The notes beneath the pieces were generated by a model. That model was not told the origin of the DNA, ran no database searches, and worked only from the letters and a program-made list of their open reading frames with translations. The position numbers and the translations under genes are program-made. From an uncultured virus (IMG/VR IMGVR_UViG_3300033553_000790) (lineage: Duplodnaviria > Heunggongvirae > Uroviricota > Caudoviricetes): a stretch of DNA of 61,106 nt. The stretch lies in IMG/VR virus record IMGVR_UViG_3300033553_000790; one strand, given 5' to 3'. How positions within the stretch are numbered: position 1 is the stretch's first letter; the number at the start of each line of letters is the position of its first letter. Shown here piece by piece: positions 21,228 to 30,319 of the stretch.

Positions 21228-21294
21228 CTTTAATGGCGAAATGCTATATAATTCCGATAGATAAATAACTAAATCCATATGAACATATTAGGAA

Positions 21295-22167
21295 ATGGCA
21301 ATGAGAAACGAAAATAAAATCACAATAGGACAAGTAGTCTCAGTTTTTGTCGCGGCAGTACTGGTTTTTTCCGTTGTTAAGATATTAGGCATAAGTAACG
21401 TCTGGGATATAAATGAATGGCGCGTGGCTCTCTCAGGGGCAGGTAAAAGCTTAGAGAACACAATCACTGATCCCCCAAAATTTCCTACAGGCTCTTCATC
21501 AAATGATAGTGGAACCACATCGACAGATACTGGCGGTAACGCTGACGCAAACACCGACTCAGCAAGCCCTGAAGCAAGCTCAGCCGCCGCTGAAGGCACC
21601 AACAGTACTAATGTCGAGACACTGCTTTCTTCCCTTGTAGTGGGCGAAGATCAGAACGTTAACTACAATCGTGACGAATGGCGTCATTGGGATGGATATG
21701 GCTCTTCCTGCTGGAGTATACGGGAAGAAGTATTGTACCGCCAAAGCGTCGAAGGCACGGTTGTTCTTGAGAATTCCGACCGTAACACAACTACAGACAA
21801 AAGCCAGGCATGTTACATAGCAAGTGGAAAATGGACTGACCCGTACACAAATGAAACATTCACAAACCCTAGCGACTTAGATGTGGATCACATGATACCG
21901 TTAGGGTATGCCGCTCAACACGGTGGGCAGGGATGGGCCTCTGATGTTAAAGCAGAATATGCTAACTCTTTGAATGCTAATCATCTTATAGCTGTGTCAG
22001 CGTCAGCCAATAGGCAAAAAGGTGCTAGAGGCCCCTCGGATTGGAAGCCCCAAGAATCTTTCCAATGTGATTATGCCAAAATTTGGATTGATATCTCTAC
22101 AACCTGGTCATTGACTACAGCGCAAAATGACTATAATGCTTTAGAAGATATGCTTAACAAATGCTAA
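21295..22167 (+). CDS. Secreted/membrane-anchored HNH nuclease (DUF1524-like)
   Basis: N-terminal TM, YNRDEW, LDVDHMIPL, NRQKGA motifs. Confidence 0.75.
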   Translation: MAMRNENKITIGQVVSVFVAAVLVFSVVKILGISNVWDINEWRVALSGAGKSLENTITDPPKFPTGSSSNDSGTTSTDTGGNADANTDSASPEASSAAAEGTNSTNVETLLSSLVVGEDQNVNYNRDEWRHWDGYGSSCWSIREEVLYRQSVEGTVVLENSDRNTTTDKSQACYIASGKWTDPYTNETFTNPSDLDVDHMIPLGYAAQHGGQGWASDVKAEYANSLNANHLIAVSASANRQKGARGPSDWKPQESFQCDYAKIWIDISTTWSLTTAQNDYNALEDMLNKC

Positions 22168-22223
22168 AAAGCCGATAGATAAAGAACACAATAATACGTC
22201 CCTTTACCCATCTTGGAGCTTAA

Positions 22224-23378
22224 ATGTGCAGACATAGACCTGGCCCGCGATGCTCAAACGCCGGAAGAATCCGCTATAGCAAAGCGTTAGAAAATTACCT
22301 GCGCCGTAAGAAACAATTCATTAACGAAGTGAAGAGCAGCAAAACACAGAAGCCAGGCTATAGAATTAACAGGCAATTCAGAACTGCTGAGCAGCGCCTA
22401 ATAGCCGCAGAAAGAGTTTTTGATTCAACTAACCTGGGTCAAAAAGAAATAGAGCAGCTGATTAAGAAGAAAACTAGAAAAATAAAGCAGATACAAGATA
22501 AGCCCTACCTGTCAAGAACCCAAGAAGAGCAGAAAAAGCTGATAGTTAACAGGGAAATTTCACGAAGATTAGGTTACAGGCTTGAAAAAGGTAAGAGCAG
22601 AAGAACAGAATCCAACCAGGATTTACAGGAGTTCGGTAGTATGCGCAGGTACCTAAGGGATATATCTAGAATGGCAGGCGGTGAGCAGGGAGCAAGAGGA
22701 AAATATGTTAACGACGTTAACGAACTTGCTAGACTAATAGCTTACACCCAATCGACCAGTGTCCAGGAGAGAGTTAAATATAAAGCAGATGATTTCTATA
22801 CTCCTGTTGATAAAGAGAAAGCGAAGCGCGCCAAAACCTGGGTTGAAGGAACATCAATTTTTATTAACAACAAGAATGTACGCCCTCCAAAATCTATCGC
22901 CGGTAAAAGCATAAGCCAGCAAAAAGTTAAGGACTCTAAATCTTGTTTCACCCGAATGAACATGCCAGACGGCACAGTAGTGGAGGGGCGAAAAGACATA
23001 CACTTAACTGGCGATGAGAATAGTTATTATGTTACTATGAGACTCTCATCTGTGTCTTCATGGGAAGATGTGTCGCCAATAGATGTAACTCAACAACCCA
23101 TGGGTCACCTTTTTAAAGATTCAGCTTCAGCTAACGGTAAGCCTTTGAACATAAGAGACAGAACATCAGTTAAAGTGTTTAGTAACTTAAACTCAGCGGA
23201 AAAGTATCTTAAAGAAATTGAGAAACAACAGTTCTCTCAGGATGATTTATCAGCTATGGCAGTATCCGCGTCGCATTCTATAGAGCAGAGGATCTCCAAG
23301 GAGCTTAGATTACAACAAAGAGGTAATATTACAACACAAAGGTATAATGATCTCCCTCGAACCCCTGTATCTGACTAA
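22224..23378 (+). CDS. Basic hypothetical protein
   Basis: 384 aa ORF starting MCRHRPGPRC, GGAG RBS. Confidence 0.55.
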   Translation: MCRHRPGPRCSNAGRIRYSKALENYLRRKKQFINEVKSSKTQKPGYRINRQFRTAEQRLIAAERVFDSTNLGQKEIEQLIKKKTRKIKQIQDKPYLSRTQEEQKKLIVNREISRRLGYRLEKGKSRRTESNQDLQEFGSMRRYLRDISRMAGGEQGARGKYVNDVNELARLIAYTQSTSVQERVKYKADDFYTPVDKEKAKRAKTWVEGTSIFINNKNVRPPKSIAGKSISQQKVKDSKSCFTRMNMPDGTVVEGRKDIHLTGDENSYYVTMRLSSVSSWEDVSPIDVTQQPMGHLFKDSASANGKPLNIRDRTSVKVFSNLNSAEKYLKEIEKQQFSQDDLSAMAVSASHSIEQRISKELRLQQRGNITTQRYNDLPRTPVSD

Positions 23379-23411
23379 ACGGTTCGATATAGAGATTAAC
23401 AAAAGAATGGG

Positions 23412-23849
23412 TTGGTTGGTATGACACTATATATTATACATCAGAGTTCATCAACTATAAGTGAACCCGAATCCCTAGTGATACCTTCATTAGATGAAGA
23501 GTTCATGGTTTCGCTTTTTGATGAGATGGTAACGCTGGATAGTGACATGTACCTGATGCACAGATTCCCTTTTATACAACTAACTGCTTTAGAATTTCCA
23601 GATAGTATAGATGAAGAGTTAACGGTAGCTGCGTATGATGAGAATCTTGATAGGCTGAGAGAAATAATCCTAAATGACTTTAACGGCTATGACTATAAAG
23701 TATTAAAGATATGGGGATATGGGTCTGACGGTGAGCTTGATGATTTGTTAGAATATGAAATTTCTGTACCTGATGATTATTCTCCACTTATTGAAATATC
23801 TGATGAGGGTAATGAATTCTCTGAGACCGTAGATTTTATTGTAGCTTAA
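23412..23849 (+). CDS. Acidic hypothetical protein
   Basis: 145 aa ORF. Confidence 0.5.
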   Translation: MVGMTLYIIHQSSSTISEPESLVIPSLDEEFMVSLFDEMVTLDSDMYLMHRFPFIQLTALEFPDSIDEELTVAAYDENLDRLREIILNDFNGYDYKVLKIWGYGSDGELDDLLEYEISVPDDYSPLIEISDEGNEFSETVDFIVA

Positions 23850-23985
23850 ACAAAAATATTTACTGGGACTAAAGACCTCCGTCTCATAGTGATATTACTC
23901 ACAATAAATGCCGATATTATATATATGAAGAGTTATATTTAGGATAAGCTAAAATATTACAGGAAATCAAGGATTTAGCAACAAT

Positions 23986-25473
23986 ATGGTAGAAACAATG
24001 CGGAAGCGAATACAAAGAGAAGACGGTTTCACTCTTGTCGAATTAATCGTTGTCATCGGAATCATAGGCATATTAGTAGCAATTGCCGCGCTGGTAAACA
24101 CTGGTCAAAAAGAAAAAGCCGCTGAAGCCGCTGTTATATCCGACCTCCGTAACATGGGTCAGTTAATGGAAGAATACGAAATTACTTTCTTACATTACCC
24201 AGAAATTCTACCTTCTATGCCAACCAGCGACGGCGTTGTTCTCACCCTCACAGAAGATGGCGCTTGTGTAGTCGGTAACGCGATAGGTTACACTCCAGAA
24301 GAGATAACATGGTATTATGATTCTGTTAGTAACAAAGTTACCGATGTTGGATGTAGCCCTGTTGTTGACACCGATCCTCTAGGTATAGTCGATGCAGCTA
24401 TTTATGCTGGTGCTTATTTCACAGCTACCAACGCATGGACTGTAGTGGGGCAGAGCGCTAACGTGTATGTGAACGGAGATTACACGTGTAACTCATTTGT
24501 TACCACCGCAGGCGACCTTATAGTCCAAGGCAATGTTCATATGATTGACGGATGTTACGTAGGAGGAAGCGTCAAAGCTACCGGATATGTTCAGATGCAA
24601 CAAAGCTCTCAGGTAGGGGGAGATGTAGTAGCAGAGGGATATGTCAAATTGAATAAAACCTGTGACGGAAGTGCAACAGACCCCTGTTCCCCAAGTAGCA
24701 TAGTAATTGGCGGCGACATTCGCACACTTTATAGCGACGGCCAGAACGGTATTACTAGTGTGGTCCAAATTGTAGGCGGAACGACTAGGGCTCGCTTAAA
24801 TGGGGAAACGGACCTCAGGCCTGACGGGGTAGAAGTACTCGGCGGGACAATAATTACAGGGGATTCTACTGTTGATATTCCTTACATACCATGGCCTCCA
24901 GTGCATTTCAACCCTAACCCCACCCCTAGAAACATAACGTGGAATACTTTCTTCAATGAGATCGCGGCAGATAATGGGTCTACTACTAAAACATCTTGTA
25001 CAATTTCTAACGCTAAATTCTCTGTGGATGGAAATATTACAGTAACAGAACCACTTGTTGTCAACGCTATGGGCGACTGCCCTAGTGGAGTAAAAATCAA
25101 CGGTCAAAATGGCGAACCAATGAGGGTGACGTTATTCGCGGACCTTACAATATATTCTAAGCAATTTGACTCGCAAACCGGTGGTATCACGTTCATATCA
25201 GGTGATGGCCTCAGACATAATGTGAGGTTAATATCACCACTTCCAACTGGTGTGATATCGCCTGATGATATGACAAATCAGGAGCTCAGTGAATACGGCA
25301 TAAGCTTTGGCGCTACTCCTGTGACAACAGATGATAAAGCAACATTACTACTTTATACGCCTGGGCCAATGAAATTCGGAAACGGAACAGATTTCAGAGG
25401 GCAGGGTGTCGGCGGCTCATTCTACACAAGCGGTTCAGTAACAGTTGACTATGTTCCTGTTCCTGAATGGTAA
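23986..25473 (+). CDS. Type IV pilin-like protein with large C-terminal beta-rich domain
   Basis: EDG|FTLVELIVVIGIIGIL N-methylation motif. Confidence 0.85.
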   Translation: MVETMRKRIQREDGFTLVELIVVIGIIGILVAIAALVNTGQKEKAAEAAVISDLRNMGQLMEEYEITFLHYPEILPSMPTSDGVVLTLTEDGACVVGNAIGYTPEEITWYYDSVSNKVTDVGCSPVVDTDPLGIVDAAIYAGAYFTATNAWTVVGQSANVYVNGDYTCNSFVTTAGDLIVQGNVHMIDGCYVGGSVKATGYVQMQQSSQVGGDVVAEGYVKLNKTCDGSATDPCSPSSIVIGGDIRTLYSDGQNGITSVVQIVGGTTRARLNGETDLRPDGVEVLGGTIITGDSTVDIPYIPWPPVHFNPNPTPRNITWNTFFNEIAADNGSTTKTSCTISNAKFSVDGNITVTEPLVVNAMGDCPSGVKINGQNGEPMRVTLFADLTIYSKQFDSQTGGITFISGDGLRHNVRLISPLPTGVISPDDMTNQELSEYGISFGATPVTTDDKATLLLYTPGPMKFGNGTDFRGQGVGGSFYTSGSVTVDYVPVPEW

Positions 25474-25551
25474 AAACAATGAAAAACCAGATTATTTCCG
25501 ATAGATAAAGTATTGTCCAAAACAAAACAATTTACAGTATTCGAGGGAAAA

Positions 25552-25728
25552 ATGCCAAAAAACATATTAAGCATGTTAGGTATAGCGGTGCTAGCTTTAG
25601 CGGTTTGGAAGATAACTGGCGGCGACATCGGCGGATTATTAAGTAACATACTGGCTTTCGTCCTTAATGTAGTCAACGTTGCCAGCGACTGGGTTGTTGA
25701 CATCTGGAACACCGCTAATAGCAACTAA
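25552..25728 (+). CDS. Small membrane protein (possible pilin/conjugation subunit)
   Basis: Two hydrophobic segments; GAGG RBS before ATG 25552. Confidence 0.45.
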   Translation: MPKNILSMLGIAVLALAVWKITGGDIGGLLSNILAFVLNVVNVASDWVVDIWNTANSN

Positions 25729-25804
25729 CCATCACATAAGGCAGTCAATAAAGCCGATAGCTATTGGGTATGATCAATAACTTTGTAGAACGGAGATACC
25801 CAAT

Positions 25805-26737
25805 ATGGTAATGGGACCTACTCACGCTATGTCCGGCGCTGCTGGCTGGCTAGCCGGAGCTGGAGCTGGTTTAACTATAACCGGTATCACTCTATCTGAG
25901 CCCTTTCCGTTAGTTCTGGGTACCTTAATCACAGCCGGAGCTGCGCTCGGCCCTGACATAGATTCACACTCATCAACAGTCGTTAACAGTTTTGGTGTTT
26001 TTGGTAGGGTGGCACACAGCCTAGTTAATGCGATAAGCGTTGGTGTCTACACTATGACTAAAACTAAGTACGATCCTGAGCGAACTAACGGCCACAGAAC
26101 ATTATTTCACACAACGTTCATGGCGATACTAATGGGTATGCTGGTATCCGTGGGGGCTTCCCTGCCCATGTCATCAGGTTTTGTACTCTTTGAGAAAGAC
26201 CTTCTTTGGGGTCAGATATTTGCCATACTAACCTTCTTTATCTTTTTCCATCTTTCCTTAGCGGGTTTGTTTGAAAAGTACTTCAAGAAGAATAAACGCA
26301 AATATGGTGCTTACGGAATGATGCTGTTTTCGTTAGGTATCACCCTGCTTATAGTTTACCTGTTCCCAGAAGGTAAGAACTACGCTTGGTTGGGATTAGC
26401 TGTTGGTGGTGGTTGGTTTATTCACCTGATAGGAGACATGATAACGAAGATGGGTGTTCCCATGGCGTGGCCTATCAAAATTAGGGGTCACAGATGGTGG
26501 GATGTCACCCTTCCCGCGCTTTTCAGGATAAGGGCTGACGGGTATTTCGAAAAGATAATTCTGCTACCTGCTTTGACTATAGCAACTATAGTCTTGGCTT
26601 TTGTAGCTGCTGATAACTTAACCGGTAACACAGTTAGTAATGGGGTTAAAGATACCGTGTCTGACATAGAAAGCACAGCGCCTGTGCCTACGGCTGAAGA
26701 AACGCCTGCTGTGGTACGCCCGATAGAAGAGGGTTAA
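25805..26737 (+). CDS. Membrane metal-dependent hydrolase (YdjM-like)
   Basis: TH..SG, PDIDS, HRTLFH, HLIGD motifs with multiple TM helices. Confidence 0.8.
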   Translation: MVMGPTHAMSGAAGWLAGAGAGLTITGITLSEPFPLVLGTLITAGAALGPDIDSHSSTVVNSFGVFGRVAHSLVNAISVGVYTMTKTKYDPERTNGHRTLFHTTFMAILMGMLVSVGASLPMSSGFVLFEKDLLWGQIFAILTFFIFFHLSLAGLFEKYFKKNKRKYGAYGMMLFSLGITLLIVYLFPEGKNYAWLGLAVGGGWFIHLIGDMITKMGVPMAWPIKIRGHRWWDVTLPALFRIRADGYFEKIILLPALTIATIVLAFVAADNLTGNTVSNGVKDTVSDIESTAPVPTAEETPAVVRPIEEG

Positions 26738-26751
26738 TTTTTAAGCTTATA

Positions 26752-27294
26752 TTATTGGATGGTCATTTGTGCGCGTAAGTTGTGGCTGATCTGAGTGATA
26801 ACATCAATACTTGCTCGCTGGGACTGTAGAACGCTCTTCAAATAGGCTTCGGCTTGTTTAGCAACAACAAGTTCGCTATACTCATCTTCACAAATAATGT
26901 CAGCCGCCGCGAGCCGAGATTTTTCGGTGCCACCTGAAACCGAAACAACTGCGCGTGAGTGCGCCATCCTGTATTTAGTGTCAGCTGCAGTCACTTTTTT
27001 GGAAGCCCCATGGAGAAGGTCAAGTATCTTGAATAATTGAATCCTACCTTCTTCTAGCCTCGTGTTGATGTCTTCCATGGTGAAACTATCAACAGTTGTC
27101 ATAACTTCAGCTAGTTTTTGAGGTCCAACGTCAATGCCGTAATCGCCATATCTGAGGGTTTTTTCCTTCGCCTCCGTTGGCTTATAAGCTTTCCCCTGAT
27201 AGGCTAATGAGTTACTGGAGCCTCTTGCCGAATCTCTTCCGGCAGCACTTTTGAAATCCGCAGGTTCATCGAAGTCGGGTTCATTAAAAGTCAC
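26752..27294 (-). CDS. Hypothetical helical protein
   Basis: 180 aa ORF, coiled-coil character. Confidence 0.5.
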   Translation of the reverse strand: MTFNEPDFDEPADFKSAAGRDSARGSSNSLAYQGKAYKPTEAKEKTLRYGDYGIDVGPQKLAEVMTTVDSFTMEDINTRLEEGRIQLFKILDLLHGASKKVTAADTKYRMAHSRAVVSVSGGTEKSRLAAADIICEDEYSELVVAKQAEAYLKSVLQSQRASIDVITQISHNLRAQMTIQ

Positions 27295-27400
27295 AGTATT
27301 CTCATTCCAATAGTTCTAGTAAAAATATTTACATTATGATTATACCATATATATCGAACAACCGATATATTATTAGCATCATTTTTGAAAGGAAAATAAC

Positions 27401-27919
27401 ATGTCGGGTAAAGGCTTCACCCATGAGAGCGCAAGGAATGAAAGCATAGAATGGTACACTCCTCCAGAGATTTTCGATAGTCTTAACATGGTGTTTGACT
27501 TGGACCCTTGCTCTTCCGGTAAAGGTAAAACTTTTGTTCCGGCTAAAAAATATTTAACAGTTGAGGATGACGGCTTGAACCAGGATTGGGTGGGGACAGC
27601 GTTTGTTAACCCTCCTTATGGGCCTCAGACTGAGAAGTGGATGAGGAAATTAGCTGAACATGGTGATGGTATGGGCCTTATATTCGCACGTACAGATGTG
27701 AAGTGGTTCCATGATGTAGGTATTAAAGCCGACCTGGTTTGTTTCGTTAAGGGAAGAATTAAATTCTATAAAGGCGGAATTGATAAGAGCAACATTGCGG
27801 GTACTCCGGGGGCTGGCTCTATGATTTTAGCTTACGGCGAAAAGTCAACTAAAGCTCTTCTTAAATCTGGACTAGGGGCCTGCTTCAAATATATTGAAGG
27901 GCCATCTGACGAAAGCTAA
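27401..27919 (+). CDS. Phage-type DNA N6-adenine methyltransferase (Dam family)
   Basis: EWYTP, FDLDPC, FVNPPY, ARTD motifs. Confidence 0.85.
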   Translation: MSGKGFTHESARNESIEWYTPPEIFDSLNMVFDLDPCSSGKGKTFVPAKKYLTVEDDGLNQDWVGTAFVNPPYGPQTEKWMRKLAEHGDGMGLIFARTDVKWFHDVGIKADLVCFVKGRIKFYKGGIDKSNIAGTPGAGSMILAYGEKSTKALLKSGLGACFKYIEGPSDES

Positions 27920-27921
27920 TC

Positions 27922-28683
27922 CTACTTGATGTTACGTAGAATATTGTCGTTCAGCTCACCTAACAAACTTAACTGTTCACTAGTTTTAGTTGGGAATATA
28001 CGCCCGTATTTGTTGAAATCACTATAGTCTTTAAGTAATCTTAAAGAATGGTTAATTTTCTTCTTCAACCTATTTTCAGCACCTAATAGGAAAAAAGATT
28101 TAGAAGCTGACATATACTTATGTGACATGCTTTGGGCACCTGGTGTTGAGCTAGAGATTAAAGTAGCTACCCCCTCATCAATAAAAGCCCTAGGGGAGAA
28201 CTTAGCTTCAAGAGCTTGGTGAGATCCTAAAGCTAATATATCTAAATATTGTTTTAATCCCAAGATCAGAACGTCGTCTCCGCCTTTAACGGTTTGTTTT
28301 GACTTAACAGAACCTGAAACAGTTATGTCATCTATGACTATGTACCTATCATCGTCGCTTCCGGCATGAGAGTTACCATAAAGCTGTGAACCGTGAACAG
28401 TGGCAAGAGCAACCGGCATCTCCTTATAATAAGACTTATCCGAATTCTTATTATAACTGAACCCAGGGTAATTCAACCAGTCTTTTTTCCAGTCGCCGTG
28501 TTGTATTTGTGATTGGGAGTTAGCTAACTTAGTTAGTGTAACCCCAAAGTTGTATCCGTTATCTAGAGTGTACATATCTTTGTCCAAACCACCGAACGTT
28601 GATCTGAAAATCTCGGGAATATTCTCATACCATTCGTCCGCAAGGACAGGGCCTGTTTTAGTCTTTATGTAACATGTATTCAT
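27922..28683 (-). CDS. Pol-beta superfamily nucleotidyltransferase
   Basis: HGSQLYG...SDDDRY (GS-x-DxD) motif. Confidence 0.7.
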   Translation of the reverse strand: MNTCYIKTKTGPVLADEWYENIPEIFRSTFGGLDKDMYTLDNGYNFGVTLTKLANSQSQIQHGDWKKDWLNYPGFSYNKNSDKSYYKEMPVALATVHGSQLYGNSHAGSDDDRYIVIDDITVSGSVKSKQTVKGGDDVLILGLKQYLDILALGSHQALEAKFSPRAFIDEGVATLISSSTPGAQSMSHKYMSASKSFFLLGAENRLKKKINHSLRLLKDYSDFNKYGRIFPTKTSEQLSLLGELNDNILRNIK

Positions 28684-28799
28684 AGGTCTTTAGCTAACGT
28701 AAAGATATGAAAATAAAAAAACTTGACATTTTTCTTAAAAATGTTATGATAGTGCCGATAGTTAACACATGTAGAGAGAACACATACTTAAAAAATGTT

Positions 28800-28828
28800 T
28801 TGACATTTATGAAAGTGTGTGCTATACT
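28800..28828 (+). promoter_or_regulatory. Housekeeping-sigma promoter at head of tRNA array
   Basis: TTGACA-17-TATACT with extended TG; second TTGACA-16-TATGAT at 28723-28750. Confidence 0.75.
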
Positions 28829-28905
28829 ACGAAACATAATTGAATAATAATTACATAAGAGAAAGTCTCTTAAAGAATTGAACTTGTTTTAGAAAAGGAG
28901 TGATT

Positions 28906-29043
28906 ATGAGCGCATCGTATATATGCCAGCCGAGTATTGAACTCGCACGCGCATTTACGCCCGCGCCCGCATTCTTGCATCTAGAGACCTCCGCACAATG
29001 GGGAAAAGAAAATAAGGATATTCGGAAGAGGATTATGAGTTAA
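28906..29043 (+). CDS. 45-aa leader peptide (MSASYICQPSIELARAFTPAPAFLHLETSAQWGKENKDIRKRIMS)
   Basis: AAAGGAG RBS, ATG 28906, TAA 29043; overlaps antiterminator arm. Confidence 0.65.
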   Translation: MSASYICQPSIELARAFTPAPAFLHLETSAQWGKENKDIRKRIMS

Positions 29044-29063
29044 AGCTCAAAAAGCTAAAACAT

Positions 29064-29097
29064 AAGCCTCCCGAATAAAAACCGGGAGGCTTTCTCT
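29064..29097 (+). terminator. Intrinsic terminator with competing antiterminator (attenuator)
   Basis: AAGCCTCCCG/CGGGAGGCTT stem then TCTCT; 5' arm can instead pair with 29021-29037. Confidence 0.7.
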
Positions 29098-29153
29098 ATG
29101 TAACAACAAAAAATGTAGTACAAAATATAATTAAAAAAAGATATATAAGCTAT

Positions 29154-29227
29154 AGGGGTATAGCTCAGTCCGGCCAGAGCAACGGTCTCCAAAACCGTGG
29201 TCGTGGGTTCGAATCCCTCTACCCCTG
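29154..29227 (+). tRNA. tRNA-Trp(CCA)
   Basis: Cloverleaf; ACGGT-CTCCAAA-ACCGT. Confidence 0.95.
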
Positions 29228-29438
29228 CTTTAACCTTTGGTGGTATTATTACATCATATCGGTTTTGTATATTGATAAATGAACAGTGAAATAGCCTTAG
29301 GGCAGAACTAGCAGCAGGTATGCTGTGTCATCTTGTTAGTTAGTTCTTTACAGAAAAAAATCATGAAGTGGCATGGCTATCAAGCTTGCTGCTAGTTCTG
29401 TCCTAATTACTTGTGAGCATACTATGTTCACAAGTTTT

Positions 29439-29512
29439 CGGGGTGTAGCTCAGCTTGGTAGAGCGCGCGGTTTGGGACCGTGAAGTCGCAGGTTCGAATC
29501 CTGTCACCCCGA
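29439..29512 (+). tRNA. tRNA-Pro(TGG)
   Basis: Cloverleaf; loop TTTGGGA. Confidence 0.95.
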
Positions 29513-29611
29513 CGTTATAATTATTAAAGAGCTGCCCTTTGTGCGGAGGTGGGGGTAGATGAACAATGGGGTCTTACCCAGTTACCTTATGTAAGACTAC
29601 GCGATTGTCAT

Positions 29612-29685
29612 GGCGGTGTAGTGTTAGCGGCTTAGCACATCAGTCTTCCAAACTGAGAGCACGGGTTCGAATCCCGTTACCGTCT
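29612..29685 (+). tRNA. tRNA-Gly(TCC)
   Basis: Cloverleaf; loop CTTCCAA. Confidence 0.93.
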
Positions 29686-29699
29686 CTTTAACTAAATAT

Positions 29700-29773
29700 C
29701 CGGGTGTAGCGCAGCTTGGTAGCGCATCTGCTTTGGGAGCAGAGGGCCGCAGGTTCAAATCCTGTCACCCGGA
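29700..29773 (+). tRNA. tRNA-Pro(TGG)
   Basis: Cloverleaf; loop TTTGGGA. Confidence 0.95.
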
Positions 29774-29954
29774 CGATAAAAATGAATTTTATTTTCCAAT
29801 AAAAAATAGGTCGGTATGAGGTAGGCTCTTATCTGTATCACCCCTATAAGACTGTATCCTTGGCACAGTCAGCTTGAAGTTAGCCTACAAGTGTTCATGG
29901 AAGTTCTTCTCCTTCTTCGTGATGAACAAGCCAAGATTTTTTATAAGTAAGAAT

Positions 29955-30036
29955 GCTCTTGTGGCGGAATTGGCAGACGCGCTTGATTCAAAATCAAGTA
30001 CTTTCTAGTGTGTGGGTTCAAGTCCCACCAGGAGCA
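29955..30036 (+). tRNA. tRNA-Leu(CAA)
   Basis: Type II cloverleaf; loop TTCAAAA. Confidence 0.95.
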
Positions 30037-30163
30037 CTTAGGATATTAAGTTGTTGTGACGATAAACTTAATGTTTCTAAAAGGACAGAATAGGTCACTC
30101 AATGCTGTCCTTCATGGCCCTATGGCCCAAAAGGTAGAGGCAATGTTTTTTACAAGATAAAAA

Positions 30164-30236
30164 CTGTGATTAGCTCAACTGGTAGAGCAACGGCCCTGTA
30201 AAGCTGTACGTGAAGGTTCAAATCCTTTGTCGCAGA
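30164..30236 (+). tRNA. Nested tRNA-like element 1 (8-nt loop CCTGTAAA, Tyr-GTA-like)
   Basis: CTGTGAT/GTCGCAG acceptor, GCTC/GAGC D stem, ACGGC/GCTGT stem, GAAGG-TTCAAAT-CCTTT T arm. Confidence 0.65.
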
Positions 30237-30246
30237 TATTGTAAAA

Positions 30247-30319
30247 ATATGGTTAGTTTAAAATAAAAGCGGTCGCCATTATGAGGCGGCAGATGAGAGT
30301 GAAAATCTCCCACCATATT
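30247..30319 (+). tRNA. Nested tRNA-like element 2 (TAT anticodon, atypical D and T loops)
   Basis: ATATGGT/ACCATAT acceptor, GTCGCC-ATTATGA-GGCGGC arm, GAGAG-TGAAAAT-CTCCC T-like arm. Confidence 0.55.

Noticed and set aside
29297..29406. SRP (4.5S) RNA
   Set aside because: Lacks the conserved CAGG..GGAA..AGCA domain IV arrangement at the hairpin tip.
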